This document shows positions 42,932 through 55,179 of a stretch of 64,000 bases of DNA, one piece after another. How positions within the stretch are numbered: position 1 is the first letter of the stretch; the number at the start of each line of letters is the position of its first letter. The position numbers and the translations under genes are program-made. The notes under the pieces were generated by a model. That model saw nothing but the letters and a program-made list of their open reading frames with translations. It was not told the DNA's origin and made no database searches. Source of the DNA: the human T2T-CHM13v2.0 reference genome, Homo sapiens; NCBI RefSeq assembly GCF_009914755.1, contig NC_060944.1. One strand, given 5' to 3'.

Positions 42932-45496
42932 GTACAGTCCTTGGTGAGATGCCCTTCCTGGGAAACTCCGTGGCGTGGTTGCTTCACATCAACCGGAATT
43001 GCAGATCTGGTTCTAAATTAAGACTCCTTGTGGGGTGGAGGGTGGAGGATCTTACACTCCTAGCTTTCCCCATGTCCTGTGCATATTCCTTCTCTCTACT
43101 GCAGCCAAGAGTGGCTGTTGCAGCCTCATGACTCAGTGCGACCCATTGCACAACTCCCCAGGGGCACCATTCACAATCCGTCCTATGAAAATGGTGCCCT
43201 GGAGTCAGGCTGCAGCTCCCTTAGTGTGGATCGTGCCTTCCCATCTCTCTACATTTGCCCAGGCCCGTCCCTCTACCAGGAGCGCCACTCCCAGCTCACT
43301 GCCCGCTCCTCACAGCCAGGCTTTTCTATGCTGGAACTGCAAAGCCCAGCCTGCCAGGGCCTCTCCCACCTTTGCTGATGGAAAGACCCCATGTCATTAA
43401 TTACCTCACACAAGGGCACACTCACTCAAGCTGGAGGTTTCTGGTCAGCATTGCTGAGATGATTTTGCAGCAACACGGTTTCTGAGAAACCTAGCCCTGC
43501 TTATCACCGGCTGATGCTGTCAGACCTTGAAGGCAGAGGGCTGCTCAGCATCTTGTAACAAGACAGGCCCTGCTCTGAACCCGGAACGAGAGCGCGCCAG
43601 CTGTCCTTGACATTTCCAAGGCAGTTGTCATCTTTTTAGATGTAATCTGTTGAAGGAGTCGGGCTGGTGAAAGGCGCAGCATTTGTAGACCAAAATGCCT
43701 TGGCCCTGCCCTTGTGACCCATGGGGTCCCCCCGCAGCCCCGGACATGAGCTCGAGTTGTAATTAAGAAAAAACAATTTCCAGTCATGAGCGAGGGAGAT
43801 CTTCTCCCCCATCATTTTACTTCTGGACTTCCTCCTGGAATCTTCTGGGGGAAAAAAATGATGGTGAGAAGAATGGGTCATGGAAACCTCTACGAAATTC
43901 ACAGCAGAGACTTACTGGGCACCCACTGTGTGCCACGCACTGGACAGTGAGCCAGACAGTCACAGCCCAGCTGGCAGAGTGCCTGCGATTCCAGTGCCAG
44001 GTGCCAGCCCTGGCCAGGGAGGGAGTTGCACGCTGTCAACACGGATTTCCCAGACAGAAGCAAATGAGAGCACGCAGGGCTCAGGACAGAGGAGCTGTGT
44101 GCTAAGAGCACAGTCGTAGAGTCCAACACACTTTGGTTCTTTGCCAGCTGGACAACTTTGTCCACTTTATTGAACCTCCCTTGGTCTCAGTGTCTTCAGC
44201 CGTAAAGTGGAATAGATAATCCTTCCCAAGCAGGGTTGTGGTAAGAGTGGATGGGGTGATCTGTGTGATTGTGTGCTGCTTGTAAGCCCTGAGAACTGAA
44301 ATCAGCCATTACCGTGCACCAACTAGGAGGTGTGCCGGTTGGTGGTAGCTTTATTCTGTTCTATCACGCAGGGGCCAGTCACAGAGGGAGCAAAGTTTAT
44401 CATTCATGATGGGCGCTTTTGAGGCGGCAGTGGCAGGTTGATAGGATTAGCACATGGGAGGTATCCAAGTTTGCTAAGTGGTTAATGATTGCGAACATTT
44501 ATTGAAGACAGATGCTCAATAGGTACCAGGCTCTGTTCTAAACGCTTTACCTGGATAATCTCATTCCATCCTCACAGCAACCCTGGCAGTAGACACTATT
44601 ATCATCCCCTCTTTACAGATGGAGAAACTGAGGCCCAGAGAGGTTAAGTGAATTGCTCAAAATCCCTGAGCTAGAACCAGGATTCAAACCCAGGCTTTCT
44701 GACTCCAGAACGTTTCCCGCTTCACTAACTGGCGATCTCGTTCTTATACTGCCCCTGTTCTCTGTCTCCCTGTCCCCAGCTTTGCCCTGAGTGAAGGTGA
44801 AATTATTGCCATCCACTCATATATTCATTCAATATGGATCAGACTTCTTATGTGCCAGCCTTGGTTTCTGAATCATAACAAATGCCCAGTGAATATTTGT
44901 GGAATAAACGCATACATTAATGAATGTCCCCACACATACCACCATCAGCAGCACCTCCTCAGGCCCCCAAACAGACATGGTCCTGGGTAGCGGGCCCTGT
45001 GATGGAAAACAAACATGGGCTGAGGAAGCACAAAGAAGGAACATGGACCCTGCCAGGAGAGGGGAGAGCCAGGGAGGGTCTTAGTATGAGCCATGCTTCA
45101 TCTGAAATTTACATGGTGGATTGGGATTTGTTACAAGGAGAAGCAGGACAGACACCCTCGAGGGATGAACATGAGAAATGGGTGAAGACTGCAGGTGGTT
45201 CAGGCTAGGAGGAGGCAGGAACGGGAGGAGGTGACACTGAGGCGGGGCTGTGAGGAGACTGCACTGTGCGGGTCAGAAAGACCCTTCAGGCAGGGTGAGG
45301 AGGAGGGCAGATGGGAAGGGGCAAGGCTGGAGGCAAGTAACGTTGGCAAGAGATGAGGGGAACATGACTTATGGCTGAGCCAGTGTGGGCCGAGAGGACA
45401 CAGAAGCATCCAGACTTGGTATTCAGTTTGAGTGAGTGGGCCAGGGGCTATAGAATGACCTTCTCATGACTTTCTCTTTGGGTATCTTAAATCCAG

Positions 45497-45745
45497 GACA
45501 CAAATGATATCACATATGCAGACCTGAACCTGCCCAAGGGGAAGAAGCCTGCTCCCCAGGCTGCGGAGCCCAACAACCACACGGAGTATGCCAGCATTCA
45601 GACCAGCCCGCAGCCCGCGTCGGAGGACACCCTCACCTATGCTGACCTGGACATGGTCCACCTCAACCGGACCCCCAAGCAGCCGGCCCCCAAGCCTGAG
45701 CCGTCCTTCTCAGAGTACGCCAGCGTCCAGGTCCCGAGGAAGTGA
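45497..45745 (+). CDS. SIRPA: SIRPA coding exon 8: cytoplasmic tail with ITIM/ITSM tyrosines
   Basis: Acceptor atccag|GAC; DTNDITYADL...HTEYASI...LTYADL...FSEYASVQVPRK; TGA at 45743-45745. Confidence 0.97.
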   Translation, partial: DTNDITYADLNLPKGKKPAPQAAEPNNHTEYASIQTSPQPASEDTLTYADLDMVHLNRTPKQPAPKPEPSFSEYASVQVPRK

Positions 45746-46145
45746 ATGGGACCGTGGTTTGCTCTAGCACCCATCTCTACGCGCTTTCTTGTCCCACAGG
45801 GAGCCGCCGTGATGAGCACAGCCAACCCAGTTCCCGGAGGGCTGGGGCGGTGCAGGCTCTGGGACCCAGGGGCCAGGGTGGCTCTTCTCTCCCCACCCCT
45901 CCTTGGCTCTCCAGCACTTCCTGGGCAGCCACGGCCCCCTCCCCCCACATTGCCACATACCTGGAGGCTGACGTTGCCAAACCAGCCAGGGAACCAACCT
46001 GGGAAGTGGCCAGAACTGCCTGGGGTCCAAGAACTCTTGTGCCTCCGTCCATCACCATGTGGGTTTTGAAGACCCTCGACTGCCTCCCCGATGCTCCGAA
46101 GCCTGATCTTCCAGGGTGGGGAGGAGAAAATCCCACCTCCCCTGA

Positions 46146-46201
46146 CCTCCACCACCTCCACCACCACCACCACCACCACCACCACCACTACCACCACCAC
46201 C
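46146..46201. repeat. (CCA)n trinucleotide repeat in the 3' UTR
   Basis: About 18 imperfect CCA units. Confidence 0.95.
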
Positions 46202-47025
46202 CAACTGGGGCTAGAGTGGGGAAGATTTCCCCTTTAGATCAAACTGCCCCTTCCATGGAAAAGCTGGAAAAAAACTCTGGAACCCATATCCAGGCTTGGT
46301 GAGGTTGCTGCCAACAGTCCTGGCCTCCCCCATCCCTAGGCTAAAGAGCCATGAGTCCTGGAGGAGGAGAGGACCCCTCCCAAAGGACTGGAGACAAAAC
46401 CCTCTGCTTCCTTGGGTCCCTCCAAGACTCCCTGGGGCCCAACTGTGTTGCTCCACCCGGACCCATCTCTCCCTTCTAGACCTGAGCTTGCCCCTCCAGC
46501 TAGCACTAAGCAACATCTCGCTGTGGACGCCTGTAAATTACTGAGAAATGTGAAACGTGCAATCTTGAAACTGAGGTGTTAGAAAACTTGATCTGTGGTG
46601 TTTTGTTTTGTTTTTTTTCTTAAAACAACAGCAACGTGATCTTGGCTGTCTGTCATGTGTTGAAGTCCATGGTTGGGTCTTGTGAAGTCTGAGGTTTAAC
46701 AGTTTGTTGTCCTGGAGGGATTTTCTTACAGCGAAGACTTGAGTTCCTCCAAGTCCCAGAACCCCAAGAATGGGCAAGAAGGATCAGGTCAGCCACTCCC
46801 TGGAGACACAGCCTTCTGGCTGGGACTGACTTGGCCATGTTCTCAGCTGAGCCACGCGGCTGGTAGTGCAGCCTTCTGTGACCCCGCTGTGGTAAGTCCA
46901 GCCTGCCCAGGGCTGCTGAGGGCTGCCTCTTGACAGTGCAGTCTTATCGAGACCCAACGCCTCAGTCTGCTCATCCGTAAAGTGGGGATAGTGAAGATGA
47001 CACCCCTCCCCACCACCTCTCATAA

Positions 47026-47033
47026 GCACTTTA
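47026..47033 (+). promoter_or_regulatory. miR-17/20/93/106 family 8mer seed site in the 3' UTR
   Basis: GCACTTTA is the complement of seed AAAGUGC plus A1. Confidence 0.7.
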
Positions 47034-48046
47034 GGAACACACAGAGGGTAGGGATAGTGGCCCTGGCCGTCTATCCTACCCCTTTAGTGACCGCCCCCAT
47101 CCCGGCTTTCTGAGCTGATCCTTGAAGAAGAAATCTTCCATTTCTGCTCTCAAACCCTACTGGGATCAAACTGGAATAAATTGAAGACAGCCAGGGGGAT
47201 GGTGCAGCTGTGAAGCTCGGGCTGATTCCCCCTCTGTCCCAGAAGGTTGGCCAGAGGGTGTGACCCAGTTACCCTTTAACCCCCACCCTTCCAGTCGGGT
47301 GTGAGGGCCTGACCGGGCCCAGGGCAAGCAGATGTCGCAAGCCCTATTTATTCAGTCTTCACTATAACTCTTAGAGTTGAGACGCTAATGTTCATGACTC
47401 CTGGCCTTGGGATGCCCAAGGGATTTCTGGCTCAGGCTGTAAAAGTAGCTGAGCCATCCTGCCCATTCCTGGAGGTCCTACAGGTGAAACTGCAGGAGCT
47501 CAGCATAGACCCAGCTCTCTGGGGGATGGTCACCTGGTGATTTCAATGATGGCATCCAGGAATTAGCTGAGCCAACAGACCATGTGGACAGCTTTGGCCA
47601 GAGCTCCCGTGTGGCATCTGGGAGCCACAGTGACCCAGCCACCTGGCTCAGGCTAGTTCCAAATTCCAAAAGATTGGCTTGTAAACCTTCGTCTCCCTCT
47701 CTTTTACCCAGAGACAGCACATACGTGTGCACACGCATGCACACACACATTCAGTATTTTAAAAGAATGTTTTCTTGGTGCCATTTTCATTTTATTTTAT
47801 TTTTTAATTCTTGGAGGGGGAAATAAGGGAATAAGGCCAAGGAAGATGTATAGCTTTAGCTTTAGCCTGGCAACCTGGAGAATCCACATACCTTGTGTAT
47901 TGAACCCCAGGAAAAGGAAGAGGTCGAACCAACCCTGCGGAAGGAGCATGGTTTCAGGAGTTTATTTTAAGACTGCTGGGAAGGAAACAGGCCCCATTTT
48001 GTATATAGTTGCAACTTAAACTTTTTGGCTTGCAAAATATTTTTGT

Positions 48047-48111
48047 AATAAAGATTTCTGGGTAATAATGAGTCCTTCCGGTGTTCAGTATTCTTGTCTT
48101 TGTGAGTGTGT
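48047..48111 (+). terminator. Polyadenylation signal and downstream GU-rich element
   Basis: AATAAA 48047-48052 with upstream TGTA and a U-rich run; downstream gtgttcagtattcttgtctttgtgagtgtgt at 48081-48111. Confidence 0.85.
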
Positions 48112-51100
48112 CCCGGGGCCGCCTCGGGGCCTGCCCGCCCTCCTGCCAAAGCCTGGAAGAGGATTGAATGGACCCCAGGGTTTGGAAACAACCTACAGCA
48201 TTTGAGCCCCTCACGTAGGTTTTAGAGACGTACAATTTTTGTTTGCCCTGGCTCAGAAGGAGCCGGTGTAAGGTTGAGATAAAATTCCATATAGACAACT
48301 GAGTTTGGATCTCGGCTCTGCTGCTTTGTAGCTGTGGGAGTTCAAACAGCACCTCTTTGAGACTTGGGCCCCGCGTCGGCACAATGGGGCAGGAATAGTC
48401 CCTGCCAGGGTGACTGTGTGGATTCAAGGAGGTTGGAAGCACTGAGCCCACGCTTGGCACTGGGTAGGCCATCACTGAGGCTTGTGTCTTTCCTTCCTGC
48501 CCTGACCCTGCATAGCTGAGTCTCGTGGCCTCTCACCACTGATGGGATCTCGGACACCCGGCTCACCCTCCTCCTGGGGCCTCACTTTCCTTCCCCACCA
48601 AATGCAGACATCTAATGCTTGTCCTGTAATATCCTTGCCAGATGACTGATGTCAAGTGCTGGTTTATAGTGGGTGCTCAATAAATGTTAGTTTCCTTTCT
48701 ATCCCTCCATTAGATCATTAATGATATTAGTGCTAATTATGTAATAAAGTTAAGGCATAAATATGTTAATATTTAGTGGTTACTATGTGTCAACGCTTTA
48801 CCTTGATGAATTCTTAAACCTTGTGACTCAAGGGCAATTATGTTACTGACTGTAGATGACACAGAGAGAGGGTGCAACTTACACAGGTTCACACAGCTAA
48901 TGAGTGATGTTACTGAGCCTCCAGTTCCAACTGGATAACTGTAGTGCCTGATGCTTAGCCACTGGGTTAATAATCAATACGTCATGTATGGACCACTGAC
49001 TGCAAAATTAACCACCATGATAGCTAATAACAGCTATGCCAAGTGTGCTGCCGAGTGCTTCACAGTTAGAACTCATTTCCTTCTCCCAGCTACATGAGGG
49101 AGGAACTCTTGTTCTCTGTGCTTTGCAGATAAGGAAACTGAGACACGGAGAAGTCATTTCTCCAATGTCCCATGGCAGAGCAGTTTGAAGCCAGGGAATC
49201 TGACTCTTCTCCCCCACACTGTACTTACTGCCTCATTTAATTCTCATGACTATCAGATCGCTGTGGTTGTGCCCATTTTGCAAAGAAGGAAAGATGAGGT
49301 TCTGGAAGTGCATGTGACATGACCAATCTCACGCAGAGTCTTTAGTCAAGTTGAGACTTGAACTCAGATCCACAAGCCCACTGGGGATCATCCCTACACC
49401 CTTGGCCTGGTCCATGTGATCAGAGACCACCTGAACCAAGGAGCCTTCTGCGGGGCTCAGAGAGGTCACCCTCCTCTCAGGCCAGGACCTTGGCTGTAAC
49501 AGACAGCTCAGCAGTTTCCTGGCCCGTGGCCTGAGTTCAGCTCTCCGCCTCCCTCCGGGAGCAACCCATGAAATATGTGCACTGCTTGCAGGAATGGGGT
49601 GTTCAAGGCATGAATCCAGGCCGAGTGGGTGGGGAAATGCCTTCCATTCTCTGGGAAGGTGGGGGATGATGGACTGCGTGTCCAGACAAGGAGACTTGGT
49701 GGGTGTATTTCATGCAGCACCTGGGCCTTGCTTCTCCACGGCCAAATCTCCAGGGCTGGAGGCTGGCAGGCGAAATGAAAGTTGATGGGAGCTAAGTGGC
49801 CCTTTTCCAGCCCGCCAGGAAATCAGTCAAGCATTTGGCATTTATCGGACACCTCCTTGGGGTTCCTCCTGGTGCAAAGGAGAATGCTAAGACTCCCTTC
49901 CTCCATGAGGACCAGGCCAGAGTCCTCTGCCTTCCACCTGAAGCCCCTGCCCATTTTACGTGATAATCAGGAAAATCTCCACTGGCCCCCAACCCCAAGA
50001 TTTGAATGCCCAACTGTAAAAGCCCATGTGTCTTCTAGCACATTTCCAACAGCCAAGTTTTGACCAAGGTTTATTTAATTTTGGCATAAACACATACTAC
50101 ATATTAGACACTCTCCTAAACTCTGGACAAGTATTTATTAAAATTAATTCACTTTATTCTCTTAACAAACCTATGAGTTAGGTACTATGATTATCCCCCA
50201 CTTAATAAAGAAATGGAAACACAGAGAGATTAAGCATTTTGCTCCAAGGTCGCCATCCGGGAAGTGACGCCACTGTGGGTATGGTCTAGTCCAGCACTGA
50301 ATGGGCATATGATGGGGGCTGGGGCTGATAGTGAGAAAGTGGGGGGCATAGATAATGTTCAGGATACACTGGACACTGTCAGTAGCCAGAAACACCACAT
50401 CTCACCACCAAAGTGTCAGAACATCAGGGTGATATGGCTGCCTGCCTGCTCACCAGCCAGCCGAGGCACCCTTGAGCCTGCCACTGCTGGGATCCCCGAC
50501 ACCACCCCGCTTCACCACCCTCTTCACTGTGCCTGACCAGGCTCTTGGTTTCTTTTCTGAATACAAGATTATGACATTGAAGATGCTTTTTAAGAAGACG
50601 TGCTCCTGATGTTCAAAAACAGGCAAAACCTTGGCAACAGAGATCAGAAGAGTGGCTGCCCTTGGAGGGAGGACCAGGAGAAGCCTGGGGTGGCACATGC
50701 TCTACGTCTTCCTGAGTCGTGGTTATCTGGGAGGTTGCATATGTAAAAACCTTTCCAGCTGCACATTTAAGATGGGTGCATTTCCCTGTATATAAGTTAT
50801 GACTTGAATTTTTTAAAAGATAGATGCCCAGCCCTGTCCCCCTCAACCTTTGATGCCTGCCCCTCCCCACCCCCGGCCAATCTATTTTTTAAAGTTAGTG
50901 TCAACACCTTATCTTCGGTAGCTGAACCCAGCCCAGGGCCTGGCCCCAGTGAGGGGCCCAAGGAGTGTCGCTGAGTTCATTGGAAAGATGAACATCCCCG
51001 TGATCAAAACAGCACAGAAAACAGTGAAAGATGCTAAACAGCACAAAGATTAAGGATGGCTACAAGCATAAGCCATTATCTGTTATCACTTCATCTCCTG

Positions 51101-53064
51101 AGATTCCTTCCATCACTTTTCCTCCTCCTCCACCCATTGGAATCGGATACAACGGCACCCCAGAGTCCTTGCCCTGTGACCTTGGGCAAAGAGATTCACC
51201 ACTGAGCCTCTGCTTTGTCACCTGTGAAACAGGGATAGTAGCAGCCTTCACCTCCGGGGGTTCTGGCGAGAGTTCGATGAGAAAGTAGATTTAAGACTCT
51301 TTGCAGCAGTGTGGTGCAGACAGCAGTCGACATATGCACAGAAACACACACACATTCACACCCACACACTCACATATCAGGCCAGGTTATTAGAGCATCG
51401 CTGCAATGGTGGGTCTTCTGACGAATAATTTTATCAAGTCCCTCTCTTTCTCATTAGCCTGAGATAGGTCTCTCTTACCAACCTTTCGGGTATGGGGTGC
51501 AATGCCCCAGCTTGGTTTTCGGAGTCCTCTGCCTTATACCACCACCTGACCTGTTTAAGAACATTTCCTGCTCCTCCCCAGCCCCTGCTGGACTCCCTGG
51601 CCAGGTTGATTTTCCTCTCCCAAGAAATACTATATAGCAACTCCTTTGACTTCCCTAACCCCACCATGAGTCATTCCTCCAGTGACTTGGTGTCCTCTTG
51701 ACCAGACATGAGCTCCCAAACCAGAACTTCACGCTCTACCTTTGGGATTCAGCCCCTAGGATAAGGGAGACTAAAGCCTACCATGTGCCACGCTGGACTC
51801 TGGACACTCGAATTCTTTACTTCATGGAACCTTCACATTCTTTACAAATGGAATGTCAATTTCACAGGGAAGAAAATTGAGGCTCAGAGAGGTGGAGAGG
51901 TAATAAGTTCAAGATCTTTCAACTAGTAATTATTTCTCAAGCTCCTACTGGAACCTGGCCCTGTGCAAAGTTCTGAGGACACAATGTGGACAAAAAATGG
52001 ACCACACCCATATGAGCTCATATATGAGGGAACCAGAGCCACTGGCAATCCCAGTGCAGGGATGAGCGCTGCTGAGAAGGGCGTGACAAACATGACGTAC
52101 AAGTGCAGAATTAACACACTAATGAGTGAGCCAGCAGTGGGGCAAGAGCTGGTTCCAAGAGTAAATGGGCACTTAGAGGCTTTGAAAAAGGAAGGTGAGA
52201 ATAACATTTTCAAGTTAGAGATCAATCCGGTTAATGTTCCACAAGGCAATAAGGCCATATCTTTGGAGATATTTTTTTTTCTGCCAGACAGAAGCCATTT
52301 GCACCCACCAGACAAAAGTCTACAAATTAGCCCCAATCTGGGCCTTAATCAAATAGGAAAGACAAACTCAGGTATATTCTTCTACAGAACTAACTAATCC
52401 TTCAGTGGGGCTTTTAAACCGTGCCCCAGTATGGCAACGAGATGAAGCACTGCCTTCTTTTGCCTTATTTCCAAATTTGAGATACTTTGTCTTATTAAAG
52501 GAAAGTATACTGGCTTCATTCAGCCTGCACAGGGCAGAAAAAGACTTCTTGAAGAGGAAATCCCTGAACTGAGATCTAAAAAATAAGTAACAAGAAGCCA
52601 GGTAAGTGCAAAAGAGCCAGTGCAAAGGAGTTCCAAGGAGCCAGTGCCTGGCAGAGGCCAGCCGTCCCTGTGTGCACTGGCCCCTACTGAGCTCTGCAGC
52701 CCGATTCACACCACTCTCTCCATCACTCCCTGCACTGGCAACACCAGCCTCCTGCCAGTTTCTAAAATGAACCACAGGACCCCGGCATGAGCTACTCCCT
52801 CTGCCTGCAACACTCCCTGGATCTTTCCTGCTTGTCCTCCAATCCAGAGGCTGGGCTAAGTTCCCTTGTCAAACACTTCCATAGTAACCATGTCCAGCCC
52901 TTCTTTGTAGCCCTCATCTCAATTTGTAATTATACATTGGCACTGTGATTACATGATTACCATCCTCTCCTCTACTGCCCCAGTTGCTGCCTCAGGGCAA
53001 GGAGGGTGTTGATTCACTCATCAGTGTAACTCCTATGCTAAGCCCATAGGAGGCACCCAGCAAA

Positions 53065-53250
53065 TATTAGAGGGATGGGAGGATGGACGGAGTGATGAGA
53101 AGGAGGATGAGAGGATAGATGGATGGAAGAAGGGAGGCTGAATGGATGGCTGGATTGATGCAGGAGAGCACGGATGGGTGGATGGGTGGGAAGGAAGAAA
53201 GGAAGGGGGAGAGGGAGGGAAGAGAGCAAAGGGGGAGAAGGAAGAGCATA
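53065..53250. repeat. Purine-rich (GGAT/GGAA) low-complexity tract
   Basis: Runs of ggatgg and ggaagg. Confidence 0.8.
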
Positions 53251-54265
53251 AAAGTCGGAGTCTGCTTGGCATTTTAGGAGAACTGAGAGTCCCTGGCTGG
53301 CAGGTTTGGAACTAGAAGCAAACCTCAGTACATCTGACTTTTCCCACTGAGTTTCTCTGCCTTTCATCATGATCCTGGGTTCAGGGCAATCACTTTTTTA
53401 AAAAAATGACGCATGATCCCCAACAGGCAAGGAGCCAATGACCTTTGTCTGAGCCTTTGGTTCCTCTTCTAGAGAAACTGGGGCTATACTTAGAAAACAG
53501 GATAAAAGATTGCAAAAATTTGTCTACTCTCAAATTGCACAACCCTAGCGTGGCTGGTCAATGGCTCAACTTTGGGAGCTGGCGGGGCTCAGCCTCTCAA
53601 CAGACTTGTCCTCCTGGCTCTGCTTCAATGACAACAGGCCAAGCCCTCATGGTAGAAGGTGCCGTTCCCACCAACCTGGGCCTTCTGCCCCCGCAGGCCC
53701 TCTCTGGGCAAGGTCAGCTGGTGCGGCAGCCGGTCGCATGGATCTGGGCCACAGACCTGTCTCCAGAATGAGGCCGGGTGAGAGTTTAATGGCAAGAAGG
53801 CTGCAGCCTGACTAAGGCTGTCGGCTTGATTCTGCCATGGCTCCCCCCCATGCCAGTAAATGGACCCTGTGCACATGCAGATTAATGCATTATCGCTAAT
53901 GTTTTGTGCCAGATGCAAAGGCACTCGGGCAGCCCGGCCGAGAGCTGCCATTACCACAGGACCTTTTGCTGGAAAATTTTTCTTGGGGCAATTAAATCTT
54001 CAGCTGTCTCCTCCAAGGGAGTGCCAGCTTGCATTTTAATTATCCTCAAAAGAGGGAAGTAGGGGAAAGGACACAAGGCAAAGAATGAAAAAATAACAAC
54101 CTGCTTTATAAACACAGTGGTTTCTCCCCCATCAACTCCACAGTGCCCTTGACCTTTAGATTCCTGCCTCCCGATACCCTTGGAAGGACCCCTTTAACGG
54201 GAAGAAGGGAGAGGAGGTAGGAGAGAGCGTTTCTTGAGTGTGGAATAAGTGTTAGTGCAATGCAT

Positions 54266-54553
54266 TATGCCTGGTTAATTTTTTTTAAATTTTTTTTGTA
54301 GAGACAGGGTTTCCCTATGTGGCCCAGGCTGGTCTCAAACTCCTGGGCTCAAGTGATCTTCCTGCCTCAGCCTGCAAGTAGCTGGAACTACAGGTGCATG
54401 CCAACCAGCCCAGCTAATTTTTTAAAAAATTTTTGTAGAGACTGGGTCTCCCTACGTTGCCCAGGCTGGTCTCAAATTCCTGGGCTCAAGTGATCCTCCT
54501 GCCTCAGTCTCCCAAAGTGCTGGGATTAGAGGCGTGAACCACCATTCCCAGAC
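54266..54553 (-). mobile_element. Rearranged old Alu (AluJ/FLAM-like) with an internally duplicated arm
   Basis: Two successive copies of tgtagagac...cccaggctggtctcaaa.tcctgggctcaagtgatc.tcctgcctcag. Confidence 0.8.
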
Positions 54554-55179
54554 TCATGGAAAGTTCGAGAACCGGCAAAACTCATCAGTCAGGTGCTAGG
54601 GCGAGGGAAGCACTTGACTAAAAGGGACAAAGGGAACTTTCGGGGACCTGGAAATGCTTATCTTGATTGAGGTGGTGCTTACATGGGTGTACATATCAGT
54701 CAAAACTCATCAAACTGTATACTTTAAAATGAGTGCATTTTATTGTTTGTAAGTTAATACTTTAATAAAGTTGATTTTAAAATAATAATAAAATAATACG
54801 AGTTAATATTTATCTAGACCTTACTATGTGCCGTCCTAGTCGCGCTTCGTATGTGTTAAGCCCTTTGTCCCTCACTCCAATCTGTGACATAGGCACTCAG
54901 TACCCCGTTGCCCAAATGAGGAAATTGAAACACAGAGAAGTTTGGCAACTTTCTAAAGTGACGCAGCTAGTAAGAGGCAGGGCCTGGGTTCAAATGGAGG
55001 CAGATTTTAAGCCTATAGCTGAACAGCGAAGTCCAAGATTACCCAGCTGGTTATTACTAGAGGCAGGATTAAACCCCGGTGCCTTTCCAACGTGATGAAA
55101 CCGGTGGAAGAGGAAAACGCATTCATTCACTAGGGAAACATTTACTCATCCTCCGCTGCAGGTCGAACTGTAGACACAG

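Larger units (their letters stand above)
45746..48070 (+). other. SIRPA: SIRPA 3' UTR (~2.3 kb; cleavage site approximate)
   Basis: Runs from the stop codon to just past AATAAA 48047-48052. Confidence 0.85.

Noticed and set aside
45637-46302. Poly-His and poly-Val ORFs
   Set aside because: Produced by the (CCA)n repeat in the 3' UTR; the exon-skipping frames I checked stop well before it.
51923-52397. Overlapping 137- and 144-aa ORFs downstream of SIRPA
   Set aside because: No recognisable domain, splice structure or retrocopy hallmarks.
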